A stretch of DNA of 64,000 nt. Origin: Tubiluchus corallicola. Lineage: Eukaryota; Animalia; Priapulida. Below, in pieces: positions 24,301-39,692 of the stretch. The notes below the pieces were generated by a model, which saw only the letters and a list, made by a program, of their open reading frames with translations, was not told where the DNA came from and ran no database searches. The position numbers were made by a program, and so were the translations under genes. Within the stretch, counting starts at the first letter, position 1, and every line of letters starts with the position of its first letter. Location of the stretch: assembly GCA_030141605.1 (NCBI GenBank), contig JAQGDQ010001005.1, positions 1 through 64,000 on the forward strand, given 5' to 3'.

Positions 24301-27300
24301 AAACTGCAAGCAAAATGACTGCTTTCACGAGGTACTAATTGGAGTTTGAAAAAAAAAGATTTTTGACAAAGGTAATATTAGTTTTTAAGCAAAGAAGTGG
24401 GTAAGGAGTTATAAAATTACATTTTTAGGATTTTCTAAACAATTTTCTGTCGTTTTAGTCCAAGCCCAATATATTTAGTGCTTTTGTAAAAAACAAAAAA
24501 TAATATTTCATTCAAGTTTTGATGCATTGTATTCTGAAGCATCATAATACAGTTTTATCTACGTCGACTTGAGGGTGATTTTGGTTTGCAAGATATTTTA
24601 ACATTGATAGATATGCAATATTTCATTTGCTTACTAACAAATCTAATTAGTCATTCTGACGTTAACAGCTAGTTATAAGCAACTAATAAAGTAAACATCA
24701 CATTCTAGGTAGGTTTCTTCTAAAAAAACACCATGAGTTCATTGAATATAGCTCATTGTGATATATCATTAGCTGGATTGATGTACTGATGTACTAGTTG
24801 TACTGACGCTAAAATTTTGGTGCCAATAGACGTTTTGTGTCATACTTTTCTGTTATTTACCATTTCTGTGATTCAGTAGATCAGGGATGTGCAAATTTAA
24901 ATCAGGCCACATTAAACTTTCCCGCAATTCCTGCGGGCCACAGGCAGTTTGATCAAGGACCCAAGTACAGAAAGGCCCGATAACGATTTTTTTGCATCCG
25001 ACCTGCGTACATCATTACTACTGCACTACTACACTCAAGAAACTATTTTAGAAGTGATTAAAATTTATATTACAAACCATATATTTCTACTTTCAGGACA
25101 GATACTGGTAATTTCATTACAATGCATATTAGTAATGTGTATCACACAGTCTGTGTAGTACAGTGACATTAAGCTACAACCGTCTTGTAAGGGTTAATGG
25201 CATCCGATGTAATAGAAAAAACTACCCGCACTATCTTTGGGATCGTGGCACGGACTTCAGCTGGATACACTCAATTAATCGCCCAGGCCGCACTTTCATT
25301 AGGTGGACAAATCTCTTCGCGGGCCGCACAAATTCTCTCGGCGGCCCGCAAGTGGCCCGCGGGCTGCAATTTGCACACCCCTGCATTAGATATTTCGTAA
25401 ATGAAATGCTATCGTATTTTAACAAAATGCTAGTGTAAACTTTAGCTGTCTTCTACTTCATTCATTTTAAAGGCTACCCACAAAATAGTGAGATTTTAAA
25501 ATGAAAAACTAGAAAGTGCAAAGACAGCTAACTGGTTTTATTTATTATCAATATACATAAATTTAATATTAAATCTAAACAAAAAGAAATGCGCTTTTTT
25601 CAAGTTTATGAACTACTGTACCTTGTTCTGACACCAGTCGAGCAAACCAGAACCTTCAATGCTATACTGTCTGGCAAATCTCGGTAGGATTTCCGGATCA
25701 GGAACAATTATGCCAACAAGGCAGGACTGAAAAAGCAACAAAGTGTTAATTCAATGAAACTTATCAAAGGTGAAACTGTTGTAAGACACGTGTAAATGTT
25801 GTTATAAGAGAATTATTAAAAACAAAAATATATTATGCTCCGTATGTCAACAATTCAGCCCTAGAATAATTAAAAACAGTAAACTATTAAGATTTACTAA
25901 GAACAGTGCATATGACGAGAACAAGAGTGAAAAGTTACAGAAAGTATTACTAATTGTTGTAGGTCTTTACAGAGTGAAATTCATTGCATGAACAAAAGCA
26001 GTTCTCCAAAACTAACTTACAGAAAGTATTACTAATTTTTGTAGGTCTTTACAGGGTGAAATTCATTGCATGAACAAAAGCAGTTCTCCAAAACTAACTT
26101 ACAGAAAGTATTACTAATTTTTGTAGGTCTTTACAGGGTGAAATTCATTGCATGAACAAAAGCAGTTCTCCAAAACTAACTTACAGAAAGTATTACTAAT
26201 TTTTGTAGGTCTTTACAGGGTGAAATTCATTGAGTGAACAAAAGCAGTTCTCCAAAACTAGCTGGTCTCTGCATTTACGTTCAATTGCATCTTCGATTCG
26301 AGCAAGTCTAACAGTGCATACCAACCTTTAAACTGTCTCCATGTACGTATGCTTGTGCCACTAATGGACAACGCATGTAAACATTTTCTACTTTCTCGGG
26401 CGCAATGTATTCACCTTGAGAGAGCTTGAAAATGTGCTTCTTACGATCCATTATCTTTAATGTTCCATTCTAAGGCCAAACAAAATATAATAAACGATTA
26501 ACAGAATGAACTGCAATTATTAATAATTTTTTTTGAGAAAAATATAAAACAATTAGGCTCAGCTCAATGAGGTAATGCTATGAAATCACATTGCAGGGAG
26601 AATTTGCTCATTGACAACTAATTTATGAGATGCTGATAATTTTTAGCGCTACATAAATTTACTGTTAAAAGTAAGAAAATGATAAGGCTCCAAAAATTTG
26701 CTCACATGCTTATGTAATCCATACAAATCTAATCTTGCAGTCACCATTTTAAATTTTGCTTAAAAATTTCAGCTGTAGTTTCATTTACAGTGTATCTATC
26801 AAATGCAGAGGCGGAGCAAGGTGGGGGTGACAGGGGGTATCGCCCCCCAGTGCAAGAGTAAGAGGGTGCAAAATTCTTCTAGAGTTCAATGGCTGTTAAT
26901 TATTAATTACTAATCCGACATTAACGAAACAATTAACAAAAGTTTTCAAACTACAACAAAATTGTCTAGTCAGAGATCATCGCAACTGACTTAATTACTG
27001 CATACAGTCTAGAAAAAAGGTTAATGTTGTTACTTAATGGCGTGTGCAAGGTGTCGCATGTAGTCGATCAATAATTCTGGGAGAAACAGAGGCGTTTCTC
27101 TAAATGCCATTGTATTATTATGAAAACCTGTAGTGTTCTGTATCTTTCATAATCTTTGCATTTTTTAATGCTGGAGCTGAACGATTAGGGACAGTCGTGT
27201 TGCACAAAATTAATGCATAGAAAAGAAAGTTATTCCGCTGCAGTGCCACAAATTAAACTTAGGGTGATTCTTATAAAAAAAATGTGTTTATCTTTATCCC

Positions 27301-30300
27301 GTCAGGTTGAAAAAGGAAAGTCAGGCTCCGGGATGCAAAAAACGCACACCCATGAAACAAATGAGCAAAAGATTAAAAGGGCAGGGCGCCAGAAGTTTTT
27401 TTGCCCCCGGGCGCCACAAACACTTGCTTTCCCACTGATTAAATCAATGTAATGCAGAAATTTCAAATAGAGTAACTGTGCTTGTTTACATGCTTTCATC
27501 AATGCCGGTAAGAATTTTATGCTTTAAACTGTAACCCAAAATACAAACATTTGCCTATTAAGCATCATTGAAAGTTAAGGAAGCTGGGGAAATACCGGAA
27601 GCCAGGTGCCAATGTCACCAGTGTGAAGCCATCCGTCTTCATCTAAAACTTCGGCTGTCTTCTTACGATCATGGAAATACCCGACAAAAACGCTTGGCCC
27701 TTTGAGACAAACCTGGAAACAGAATCAATAAACCTAAACTCGGTGCTATGCAAAAGTTTCTAAGCAGGTATGTAAAAATCGCAAGCTTTTCTTCTTTTAA
27801 AGAAATGGCAAAAACGGTCACACTTAAGTACAAATAGATAGATGAATACAGACTGTAATGTAAAAGTGATTGCATGACATAGCTAGATTGTAATGTCTTT
27901 TCTCAGTAATTTTTAGGTTTTGCTAATCAAATAACATATAATTAGATAGTTAGAAAAACAATAGTGCAGATAGAGTGGAACACAAAATTGTAGCTGTGCG
28001 AAAAGTAGGAAAGAGCTATTTTTACCAGAAAAAACACAAAAAAGCGAGTAGAAACCTGCATAAAATTGTAATAATTAGGAAAAGATTAACATTCTAAAAT
28101 ATTTCAAAGAAACTGCAACTAAAAAGGGACATTGTCTTTTAATATATGATCTTGTGCACAGTTCACATATGTATACGGCCTACAGCAATGAGAAAACTTA
28201 GAGAATATGGCTCATGAAACTACCCAACACAGACCAACCTATTGGTCTTTACTAACTAGGTTTGGTACACACGCACGCAACCACGCACGCACACCACACA
28301 ACCATGCATGCATGCGCGCACAAACACAGCGACCACTCACTTGTACTCTTGCCTCCCAAAAAGTAGGAACTACAAGGTAACGAAACATATTTGACTCGTG
28401 TCTGCACATAGCTCTGCACGTTTCAAAGTTCACATTTCTAAAACTTACGAATTGCTTGCAATTTTGAACAAGGAAATATTAAAATAACGTCGTGGACTTG
28501 AGGACTAATGCAAGGAATTGATAACTCATTGTAACTGACCTCGCCTCTTCCATCTACTGCAAAGTAATCCATCTCAGGTACATCAGCTAATTTTATCTGA
28601 CAACAACCAATCGGTGGTCCAACATGGCCCGGGTTGTTGTCTCCTATTACCGTTACTGTACACGGTGCCACACATTCTGTTTGTCCATAGCCTTCAAGAA
28701 CCTGAAAAACAATCATCGTATTTAGCCTGTAGTCACAGAAAACACTGTAAACAGAGGTTAATACCACTGAATGCTTTATTAACATAATCAGCATGTCCAA
28801 TATAACATAAATGTCCAACAGCTCCCATAAAGTAGATTAACCTGACTGTTGAGAGCACAGGTGTGTAATAACAGACAGGTGACTAGTAGGTAACAAACAG
28901 AAAACCTGGCCAAAACTGGCCATCTGGTCACAGATGGCGCCTCGTGCACGATAAGTAAGATTAACAAAAAAAAGCTAAGTCTGCTACATAGCCTGTTTTG
29001 CCTAACGAACTTTACATGTACATACAAAACTATCTTTTCAAATAAATGAAGATGTTACCAGATTTTTTGTGATAATCAGGTAGAGGTTCTAACGACTAAG
29101 ATCTCACTTAATTACTTAATCCCAAAGCAGTTTTGAGGCTTTGTGAAATCACACGTGAAATCTCAAAGGCATGTTTAAAGAAAAACCGGGGCTGATTGTG
29201 TAAACGTTAGTTCAAAATAAAGTATGTTCTAAAATATTGAAAACTACAACAGCTTTTCTTAAATCAAAGCTTAGATTAAATAATAATTACCTCAGATAGT
29301 TAAATTTTGTTAAACTTTCAAAGTTATGCGTGCCTCAGAGAATCTACCGCCAGTAAAAGGGAAACAGCAAATTCCAACAGCTAAAATGCAGTTTATTTTA
29401 AATGAACTCGACAAAAGAATACCAGGTTATAGTAAAAGGTCTAGTTAATCAGACCACCATGATCGAGATGATCTCCTCGACCAATACCTAACTCTTATTC
29501 GTCATCATCATCATCTTACATTCTGCACTGTTAACGCAAACACAACCAATAACATTGGCACACTAACGCAGGGAAAGGCGCCTTTTTGTCACATTCGCTT
29601 GACCGACAAATAGGCGCTGTATCATGATAAGCACGATTATGAAGCGTAGTGTTCGTCTGTGACGTCAGTGTGACAGAGAGCTCACTTTTGTGACGTAACA
29701 TCAGCATCTTATAACAATCTTCGCTTACGGAAACGTGCTTGATGTGCAGGGAAGATGCCTGCCATTGCACAAACTGTGGTTAGTTTGTGGCGTAAGCGAT
29801 AGCTGTGTTCAACTGTCATTAATTAACTGTCCAAGCTAATTATTCAATATTAGAAATAATTGCTAACTTTTATAGACAAGAAAATGGACAGTAAATTGAA
29901 ATGAAACTGAGTCTAATCAGTCATCTGGTTTTCCTTGGATGGTGAAGTTAACCTTATTCATTCAGAAGTATCAAAGTTATCATGAAATGTGTCATCATAA
30001 GTACAACACTTCGTAATTTCCCACGTCTACTGCAGCAGTCATATCACAATCCTGGTACAGATTAAGCAAAAGAAGGCATCACTGATAAATCTTTAGAGCT
30101 GATGTCAACATAGCGCAATCTATCATCTTTCTTCCTACCATTTCCACTAACACATCCTTCTACCTTTCCTGTGTGATCTAACCTTTCTCCCAGTTCTTTT
30201 TTTGTTCACTCATCCATTCTTTTTTTATCAGGTTAACATAACAGCGGGCTTATACAAGCCTTTGCTTCTCTAGCCCACAGCAGCACAATTATTCTTTTAT

Positions 30301-33300
30301 GATAACGACAGTGTATGAAACATAACAATTTAATACAGTATGACGTAATAATTTTGATGTCACTGTGTGCTTTATATATTGTACTGAATGTGATAATAGT
30401 AATAAATAATTAAAATGATCAACATTGCTGTGGTCAATTTTTTTATAAGCTATTCTTTATTTACAAACATTGTTGATTTAATTAGACGTATTAAAATAAT
30501 TCACTATATTTGAGACTTTTCCTTTTATTCTACCAAGGTTTCATGTAAGTTGAAATTTCTTTGTAAATTTTGCCAATAATTTCAACATAAGAAATTTCAG
30601 AAACTTATGCAGATCTTCGACACATTTCACAATCTCCCAATTTAAGTTTTAGCAACACGGGCCCTGGTGATCTCATTTCCTGATGTAGAATAAGCTACGT
30701 ACCACGCATCCCGACGCACAACGAATAAAGTTGAGCACTTTTTCCGACACTGGAGCAGAACCGGTCACTATAAGTCGAACGCGACCGCCCAGACTTGCTT
30801 GGACCTTTCGAAACACCAACCGGTCCCAGACGCTATTGTTGCGAATAATACCCCTGTAATAATTCATAATAGTTAGTTGAGCTAGTTTTGGTTAAAAGTC
30901 AGTAACAATAATGGGTACAAGAAGAAAAGAGGAGTTCACACACACGTGCAGTATAATTTGAAATATTTAAACTTGGGATGCAACGGATCAGCTTTTGCTG
31001 GTTCCAGATTGAATATGGATCTGCATGTACAGGGTGCATAAGATTATGGATATATATAAGATAAATAAAATAGCTTATTTTATGGATTTTTGAAATTTTA
31101 TTTTATGGATATCAATAAAATAAGAAATAGACTATATCTGGAACGAGATGCCCAGGGGGAAATCAATTAAAAAGTAAAAACAGGAGTGCTTGAAACGTGT
31201 TTTTAAACACGCAGGACTTAGTTTTAATTTTATCGGTTTCGTTTTAATTTTATCGGTTTCATATCACTTCAAATTTAATCAAATTTTACGAGACAATGGC
31301 TGGGTCTCTCTCAGTTATTTTCAGACCGAACTCCAGCTCATGCTTTGGTTGAAACTTCGCCATCTTGATAACAAAAAGACAATGAGAAAAAAACAATGTA
31401 AAATAGCAAATCCGGAAATGCGCTTTTGTTGGTTTGTTTTCTTTCTCTTTCTCTCCTTCTAATGTTCGTTTTCAGTGTTGCCAATGCTTACAACTCGTTA
31501 CTTTGTACAAAAAATCACAAAAAAATATTTTTTTATTTTATGCATTTCTTATTTTATGGATTTTTGGTCTTATTTTATGGATATCCATAATCTTATGCAG
31601 CTTGTGCATGTACCAGGTCCCATTTGTGATCTGATTCCACATCCAGATCTACAGATTAATGTAAATGACATTTCATTTGTTTAGCTATTTCTTCATGCGG
31701 TTGCATTACCTGTCCATTTTAGGGACATTGTGTAATTTTAAGCGGAAACACTACAAACACTGATGCACACTAAGTTTGTATACTTCATCCTTACTCGGTT
31801 TAAACTAAAAAACTGCTAAATTATGCTTTAGTGGAAGTAGACAGCTCTAAATTTTTAGCTGTCACTTTTCCAGCAACAGCAGTATTCTTTGTACTATTTG
31901 CTTCAAGAAACCATAGGGTGAAGATTGCTGGTATAAATACTAACTGATACTTTGAGAAACCTCTGAAGATTTTAATAGAATCCTTTAAATTCTTTAAAAA
32001 AATTAAAACTATTGGGATAATTAAACCATTATGCACATTTTTTCTCACCCGCTTTAATTTTTTTCACAGCCGGTATTTTACACATAGAAAAACAGAAATA
32101 CAAAAGGTGAAAAAACCCATGAAAATTTCTGCTGCATCAAATTCACTAAAATTACCGATATCGGGATCAGGATCCGGATCAGATACGTCCCTAATTTAAA
32201 TCACTTAATTAAAATTTGTAAAATTTGTGACTGCACAAGTCTAAAAAAGATATGTACCAGTGGAACTCAAACGCACACAAGAGCATATATACCCGCCACT
32301 GAGAGACACAAAAAAGAGGAGGATAACTCATAGGAATACCTTTTTAACTCCGCCTCTTTGCTCCTTAAGGCCATATTAAAAAGCATAGTCTTTGTTCGAC
32401 TGCCACGAACTCCTTGCAATACCTAATAACAAAGAATTTTAACTCATTTCTATGTAACAAATGTACACATCACTATATGTTAATGATTTTAAATAGTGTT
32501 TTCATCTGGTAACCGGGTACGCAAGTAATTAGCCGCTTTGTTAATTGCTTGAGTCTGATGATTGTACCCAGTTCCAATAATGAAAATGCAGACATTATTT
32601 GTAATACGATATCCATTGTTTAAGAGCGTAAAATTTCAATGCCACCTTGTACTGTTCATTACTAGCAGACTATAATTAACTACTAAGTTGGCAGCCCAAT
32701 TGGGAGATGGCAGATCAAACCACTTTTGCAAAAGGGGTGAGCTACAAAAACAAACTGTGATTTCGTTACGGAGAGGTTATTTATCCACAGAAAGTTGTTT
32801 ATTAACATTTAAAAACCTATTCCAGGCCAGCTTAACGCACACCAAAAAGATAATATAGATTATTTTATTCCCTATATCTCTACCCTGTATTAATAGTGTT
32901 CAGCGCGGTACCTAGGCTGGCTTAATATAGCTGACACATTGATAAGTTAAAATGTGCAATAGAGTAATTAAAAAGTCTGGCAGATAAAAACTAAGTCAAC
33001 TGCTTGTGGCAAAACACTAACTTTTGCAATTTACAGTTCAGGCTTTCAGGGTGTAATAACCAAATGCTTGTTGTTCACATAACAGTGCAGTTAGCTAATA
33101 CCAGTGGTTGCTTTTACTTGCAAATGTAAATGATCTTAATTTCTTCAATGTTGCTGAAATCTTAACCATCGGGTACCTGACGGGTATAAGGAAAAGCATA
33201 GTCGAGTCCAGGGGTTATTTCAAGGGGGGGGGGGAAGTGGGGATACTTCCCCGGGGCCTCACCCTCCAGGGGGGCCTCGCGCCAAGGTAATTTTTTTTTT

Positions 33301-36300
33301 GCTTTATGCAAACATACTGCCTCCTCTCTCCCCCCCCCTCTCTCTCTCTCTCTTGCCGCACGGACGCCCATTGCCAGTATTGACAGTTTTTCTTTCAATT
33401 GTTCTTTTCTTTAACAACTGTATAACTCCATATTTTCTCTTCGAAAATGCTTCTCCGGCATTCTAGCAGTTCAAAAATTTTCTGGGCGCCAACCATGGTG
33501 GCAACCCCCCCCATGGGGCCTCACACGCCCCACTTCCCCGGGCCTCGCCTAGGCTGAAATAGGCCCTGATCGAGTCTGATTTCTGCTACCTGTTCAAATA
33601 CTAATTTTAAGGTAATGTCATGTGACTACAGTGTTTTTAAAGCTTTAGGAAAGAATGTAGCTGACTGAGTCTATCTCATATATAACCAGTAAACTGGTTT
33701 AGAGCTAACAACCTTAAACAGGTCTCAAATATAACAGCTAGTATTTTTGTCTCTAGCACACTAATAGCTTGAATACATATTTGTGCCACTATTAGATCTT
33801 ACCTTGTCATATATTCTGTTGAGCAGTCTTGGAACGGTGATGAAGATGGTTGGCTTTAATTCTTTGATGTCGTCCATCAGCGTCTTTATGTCGCCCATAT
33901 AGAATCCCATGCAGCCACCAATGGTATAAATGCAACACTGAAACGAAAACACAAAACAATGCAGTCTCAGACAACTGTTTATCGCTATGCATTCTGGGAC
34001 TGCATATAGAATCCCATGCAGCCACAAATGGTATAGATGCAACACTGAAACGAAAACGCAAAACAATGCAGTCTCAGACAATTGTTTATCGCTATGCATT
34101 CTGGGACTGCTTGTAGATGCTGTTTGACGTTGATGACACATTTCTTGATATTGATGGATGTAATCAAATTCTGATAAATCTTGTTTCTAGAAGTGTAAGT
34201 ACTAGAATCTAGAGGCAGTAATATTTTGTACTATAAATCATTACTGTATGGTCAAACATGCATGCTAATGTCTATGTTGAAGGTATACTACCTAATGTAC
34301 TATAAACAACTTTACCTAAATTATTAAAATAAAATTCATTTTTCTCCACCTACAATATAATACACATTGTAACCACATTGGCAGTCTGCAACGGTGCAAT
34401 CAGGGGCGTATTAACCAATAGGCTAACTAGGCTATAGCCTAGGGCATCAGAATTTTAAAAAAAATTCTTATTCTTCTCGGAAAATGTGTATCAGTTCATA
34501 TTCATGTAAAGCATTGCATAACACACCACAGGCAGTTACTGAAACCAGTTGCTATATAAGTGCCACATAACGAACAAGTACAAGATACTACACAACAAGT
34601 AGTTGTCCAGAGCGACTGTATATAAGTGCTGTTCATATACACGCAATTAACAACGACTATGTAGAAACTTAGTTGATATTATTACTAATACACCACAAGT
34701 AATTGTTTAATCTGCATAGTACATAAACATAAACTCGCAATATAGATTGATGGGACAGACCTATCAGCCTATGGCATCGTGAGGTCTTGATACGCCTCTG
34801 AGTGTAATAGTTGAATAATATATAGGTAAGTAAGGCCTAATAGTTAGTAATGAGTGAAAAGGAGAGAGGATAGCGAGCCGATCAAAAGGTCAACAAGTCA
34901 GCCGTCCTTTTAATGTTAAAATAGTAAATGACCACAGGCAGCATTAGTGATTAATGATGTACAGATAATTAATTAATTCAATCAGTTAAAAAAGGAGGTA
35001 GCCAACATATATGCACATATATATATTACAGTTAGGTTGATAAATGAATGTTTAGTTAAACAAAATCATAATGTATTAACTTACAGTGACAGAAAAGAAT
35101 CAATTATGCCTTTTAAATATAACCTAGGTAAAAAATCGTATAGTAAACCTGCACCATAGACGCAGACCATATGTGCTACAGTCTAAGTCATAAGTCATTT
35201 ATTTCACCTTACACATTTACAATGGTTACATATACAATATCTAGTGAAAGGGCCTACAATGAACGTAATACAAATAAGAAATACTGCACAGGAAAAGCCT
35301 CAAACACTGTTCACTTATGCACGAAGGTAAATGTGTTGCGGGCAATCAAAAAGCAGGGCTTGTTAGATTATCCCACACAGTGAAAGAAAAAAAGTAATGG
35401 AAATAATCTGAAAATTTAAAGTGAATCGTTTGATGAAAAAAAACTTTAGTGCTTAAAATGCAATGATGTAATGAATGAAGCTCATATATGGGATGATATA
35501 AAAGATAGAAAGACTATTATTTTTTAATAGTATGTAAAATTAAGATAACTTTACATTTAAAATTAAAATAAGTCTACATTAGATGTGTCTAGAATATCGT
35601 GTTATTACCATACCTGTACTGTACGCTCAAACATATGTGCCAGTGGTAAATAGGAAATCATTATCTCACGACTCTGGGTAACCGCATCACCCTAAACAAA
35701 AATGGGGAAGAACTTCTTTAGTTGTTAAATTATACGTTAAATTCCTCTAATCCTCTGAGTAAAACTTAGTGCAACCTTGCTGTTTCTAAATTAACAATAT
35801 TGTACGTAACTTATACACTTTGAGTTAATGTTAATGTTAAGCCAAGGTCCTGAAACTTGACAGACACTTGAGAGTTTAACAAGCTTGACATTTTAACATA
35901 GTTTTCATTCTAATACTTCTCATAAAAGCGAGGTTAGGATTAAAGCCTTCCAAGTCTAGCAAATTTCTTTCAAGAACGAGTGAATTAGCACCTGTAAATG
36001 CTTATAAGTGTTCAGATTTGTAGTTGTCTCTGGCGGGCGGTTCCTGTATAGGTACTCTGGAACTGCAACACCCCCCATTTTCACTCAATATTATCGATAA
36101 TATTCAGTATAATAAGTCTTTTTTCTTTAGTTCTTTTTTATACTTGTATGAAACTAGAGCACGTGAGGGTAGTACTGTTTGCTTCACAGCCCAGCACAGT
36201 GGTGTGTTCAGCTGCTGTGTGCATGTAGCCATGGTAGCGTCTGCTGCTAGGTTGAAAAGTACTGTCTTTCACACAGTTTGTTGTCAGTTTCTATGGTGCT

Positions 36301-39300
36301 TAAAAACCAGGTACCGGCATATTTTTGAATAGCGGCAATTTAAGTTATTTGCAACCAAAAATATTTTGTTTAGGATTTTATCAAGTTTATGTAAAAATTT
36401 TTGTATGTTTATGTGTTTAAAATTAGAATAACAAATTAAATTAATAAACATTTGTTTCGTTACACACAATATTAAAGCAATGGCTAAAATTTGCTGAAGC
36501 AGCACCCCCACCAATTTTAACATTCTACATTTATTTCTACGTGAGGCCCGGGGAAGTGGGGCGTGTGAGCTTTAACTGCTAGAATGCAGGAGAAGCATTT
36601 TCGAAGAGAAAATATGGAGTTATACAGTACGTTCGCATAAAGCAAAATAAATATGTTACCTCGGCGCGAGGCCCCCCTGGAGGGTGAAGCCCCGGGGAAG
36701 TATCCTCACTTCTCCGCCCTAAAATAGGCCCTGAGCATTTAAGTTCAAAAATTAACTAAACGATGTTTCACTCCATAATGAATTGATAATCACAAAACAG
36801 GCTATAATGTCTTACCAAGTGAAGTAAAGCCGCACCAGCACAGGAGACACAATTCTCATGAGTAAGCATGACTCCTTTTGGATTACCCGTTGTACCACTT
36901 GTATAGCAAACTGTAGCTAAATCCTGTGGTCTTGCCGGCTAGAAAAACCAGAAGCAATATTACAATGTGACATAATTTCTTAATAAGTACAGGAAAACTA
37001 TTTATTCATTAAATAAATACAATGGCACACTGTCACGTGGAAAGCTGAAATTTGGATCTTTTGCACTCAGGGATGATATCATTTTTGCCAGCGCAGCAGT
37101 TCAATACACTATCTTAGAACAGGGGTGGGCAAATTATCTGACTAGCCGGCCACATTAAACTTTCCCGCAATTCCTGCGGGCCACAGGCAGTTTGATCAAG
37201 GAGCCAAGTACAGAAAGGCCTAATAACGATTTTTTTGCGTCCCACCTGCGTACATCATTACTACTACACTCAAGAAACTATTTTAGAAGTTATTAAAATT
37301 TATATTACAAACCATGTATTTCCACTTTCAGGACAGATAGTGGTAATTTCATTACAATGCATAATAGTAATGTGTATCACACAGTCTGTGTAGTACAGTG
37401 ACATTAAGCTACAACCGTCTTGTAAGGGTTAATGGCATCCGATCTAGTAGAAAAAACTACCCGCACTATCTTTGCACGATCGTGGCACGGACTTCAGCTG
37501 GATACACTCAATTCATCGTCCGGGCCGCACTTTCATTAGGTTGACAAATCTCTTCGCGGGCCGCACAAATTTTCTCGGCGGGCCACAAGTGGCCCGCGGG
37601 CCGCAATTTGCACACCCTTGATCTTAGAACATCATTTCTGACCATGAGCTAAGCACCGGTACCACCACATCCTCCATATTAAGCAGGCAGGAATGCTGAA
37701 TTTCAGTTTGCAATGTGCCAGAATGATATAAAAAACATGAACAGGTACCATCAAATGGCATTCTCACGTGTAAACAAGCCAAATTCTAGATTTATGACTA
37801 AATTATTTGTAAAGGTAATCAGGGATAATTAAAGTTACTTACCACTAATTCATGTTTGTGTGTCGTGCCCAACTTCAGCAAATCCTTAAACGTGATGACA
37901 TCAATCTCAAAAGTTTTAGCTTTTTCAATCAAGGCTGGTGGAACGGCGTCCATCATTAACACAATTCGAGACAAACTCCGCGTTCTTCGGGAATCTCGGA
38001 TCAGACGTTCGGCTTTGTCTTCTTTGTCGCATAATACGGTGGTGATTTCCGCTATTGTAAATAAAATGGCTTTTTAAACAGTCACGACTTGTGTTACAGT
38101 GCAAACTGTGAAAGAATGGAGACCTCCCCATTCTTAGTGTGAAATTCATAGTGTTCAGAGAACCTGATGTCTGTAACAGATATGAATAGCCCTGGGGATG
38201 TCAATGATGATGATGATGATGATGTCAATGATGATGTCAATGATGATATGACTAATGCTGCATTTGTTCTGCTAATCGAAACAAAACGATTGGTCGAATG
38301 TTTTTTATTCCAGATTTCATGTTCAAGGAAACAAATATAAAATATTTAAGGCACATATAAAATACCCGTAACTTAGATGTAGAGAATAAGGACAATTACA
38401 CAAATGTAGGGTGATACATAGAATAGAGAAACTGGAGTACTCCTTTAACTCGAATGCAATACTGCACAGTGGACGGTTTATCTTTCCCGACAGGAAATTC
38501 TTCTTCTTAAGACCATTAAAAGTGCATTAATCTTTAGTTTTGCTCCGACAAACTTCAGTTGACTGGTCTCAAACTCCATGTACACGTAATGAGTGACGCG
38601 TATTGACTGTTTGCATGCAACAGTAAACGCTACAAAGCTCACGCCGCTCTTTCCGCCATTTTTGGTGGTTATTTGTGAAAATTGCAAATAATAATTTTTG
38701 GGAACCATGTCTCTGTCGAAACTCAAGAGTGACAATTACAGCTGCGGCATTGGTTTATTATTGTACAATTAGACGGAAAAGAAAGCGCAGGTTTTGGGTG
38801 CGCAACGTTTTGCAGGGGAGAGAACAATAAGGCAGGTATCATCATTTAGTGAAAGAACTGCAGTGAGATGCATAACACATAACTACATGCTTCTTCCACT
38901 TCTCAAAAACTGAAATAGAAAAAATGTTATTATTCATAGGTCCTAAAGTGATCAAAACTGACCGAACTAGAATTTTCAGAAAGCTAAACAGCGAAAATTA
39001 TCACTGGAAACTTGAAAATTCGCTATAATCACCTAGACAACGACAATTTCCTGTCAGCGTATTGCTGTGTGATGCGTATTCAGATGACAGCGATCACGTT
39101 CGAATGAATACAGGTCACGCATCATGCATTACGTACTCACAGAGTCATACCTTTAGTAATTAAGGTCCTTCAAAATGACCTCGCCCAGCAAAGCAAAATA
39201 ATAAATCTGTAAGCTAAGATGAAAATGATAATAAGTAACAAAAACAAAAAAAACTATGATAAATTTCACAAACCTTGGTCGATAATAAAGCTGCAGGCAT

Positions 39301-39631
39301 CTGGTCCCAAGGTGTCATAAAGAGGTACAATAACCATGGAATACATATAGCAGGCTTGCTCCGTCAAAATCCACTGAAATAATAAGAGTCAATTTTAAAT
39401 GTGTCAAAACGCATTTAGCAGGTGTCAGGAAAATGGGAGGAAAACTAAGCGATTTTTTGTGAGCTTAAATAATCCTACATCAGAAAAATTCCAGTAATCA
39501 TATGCAGGGCCTATTTCAAGGGGGGGGGGGAGTGGGGATACTTCCCTAGGGCCTCAATCTCTAGGGGGCCTTGTGCCAAGGTAACATTTTTTTGGTTTAT
39601 GTGAACAATCTGCCTTCTCTCTCCCTCTCTC

Positions 39632-39692
<61 letters not shown>

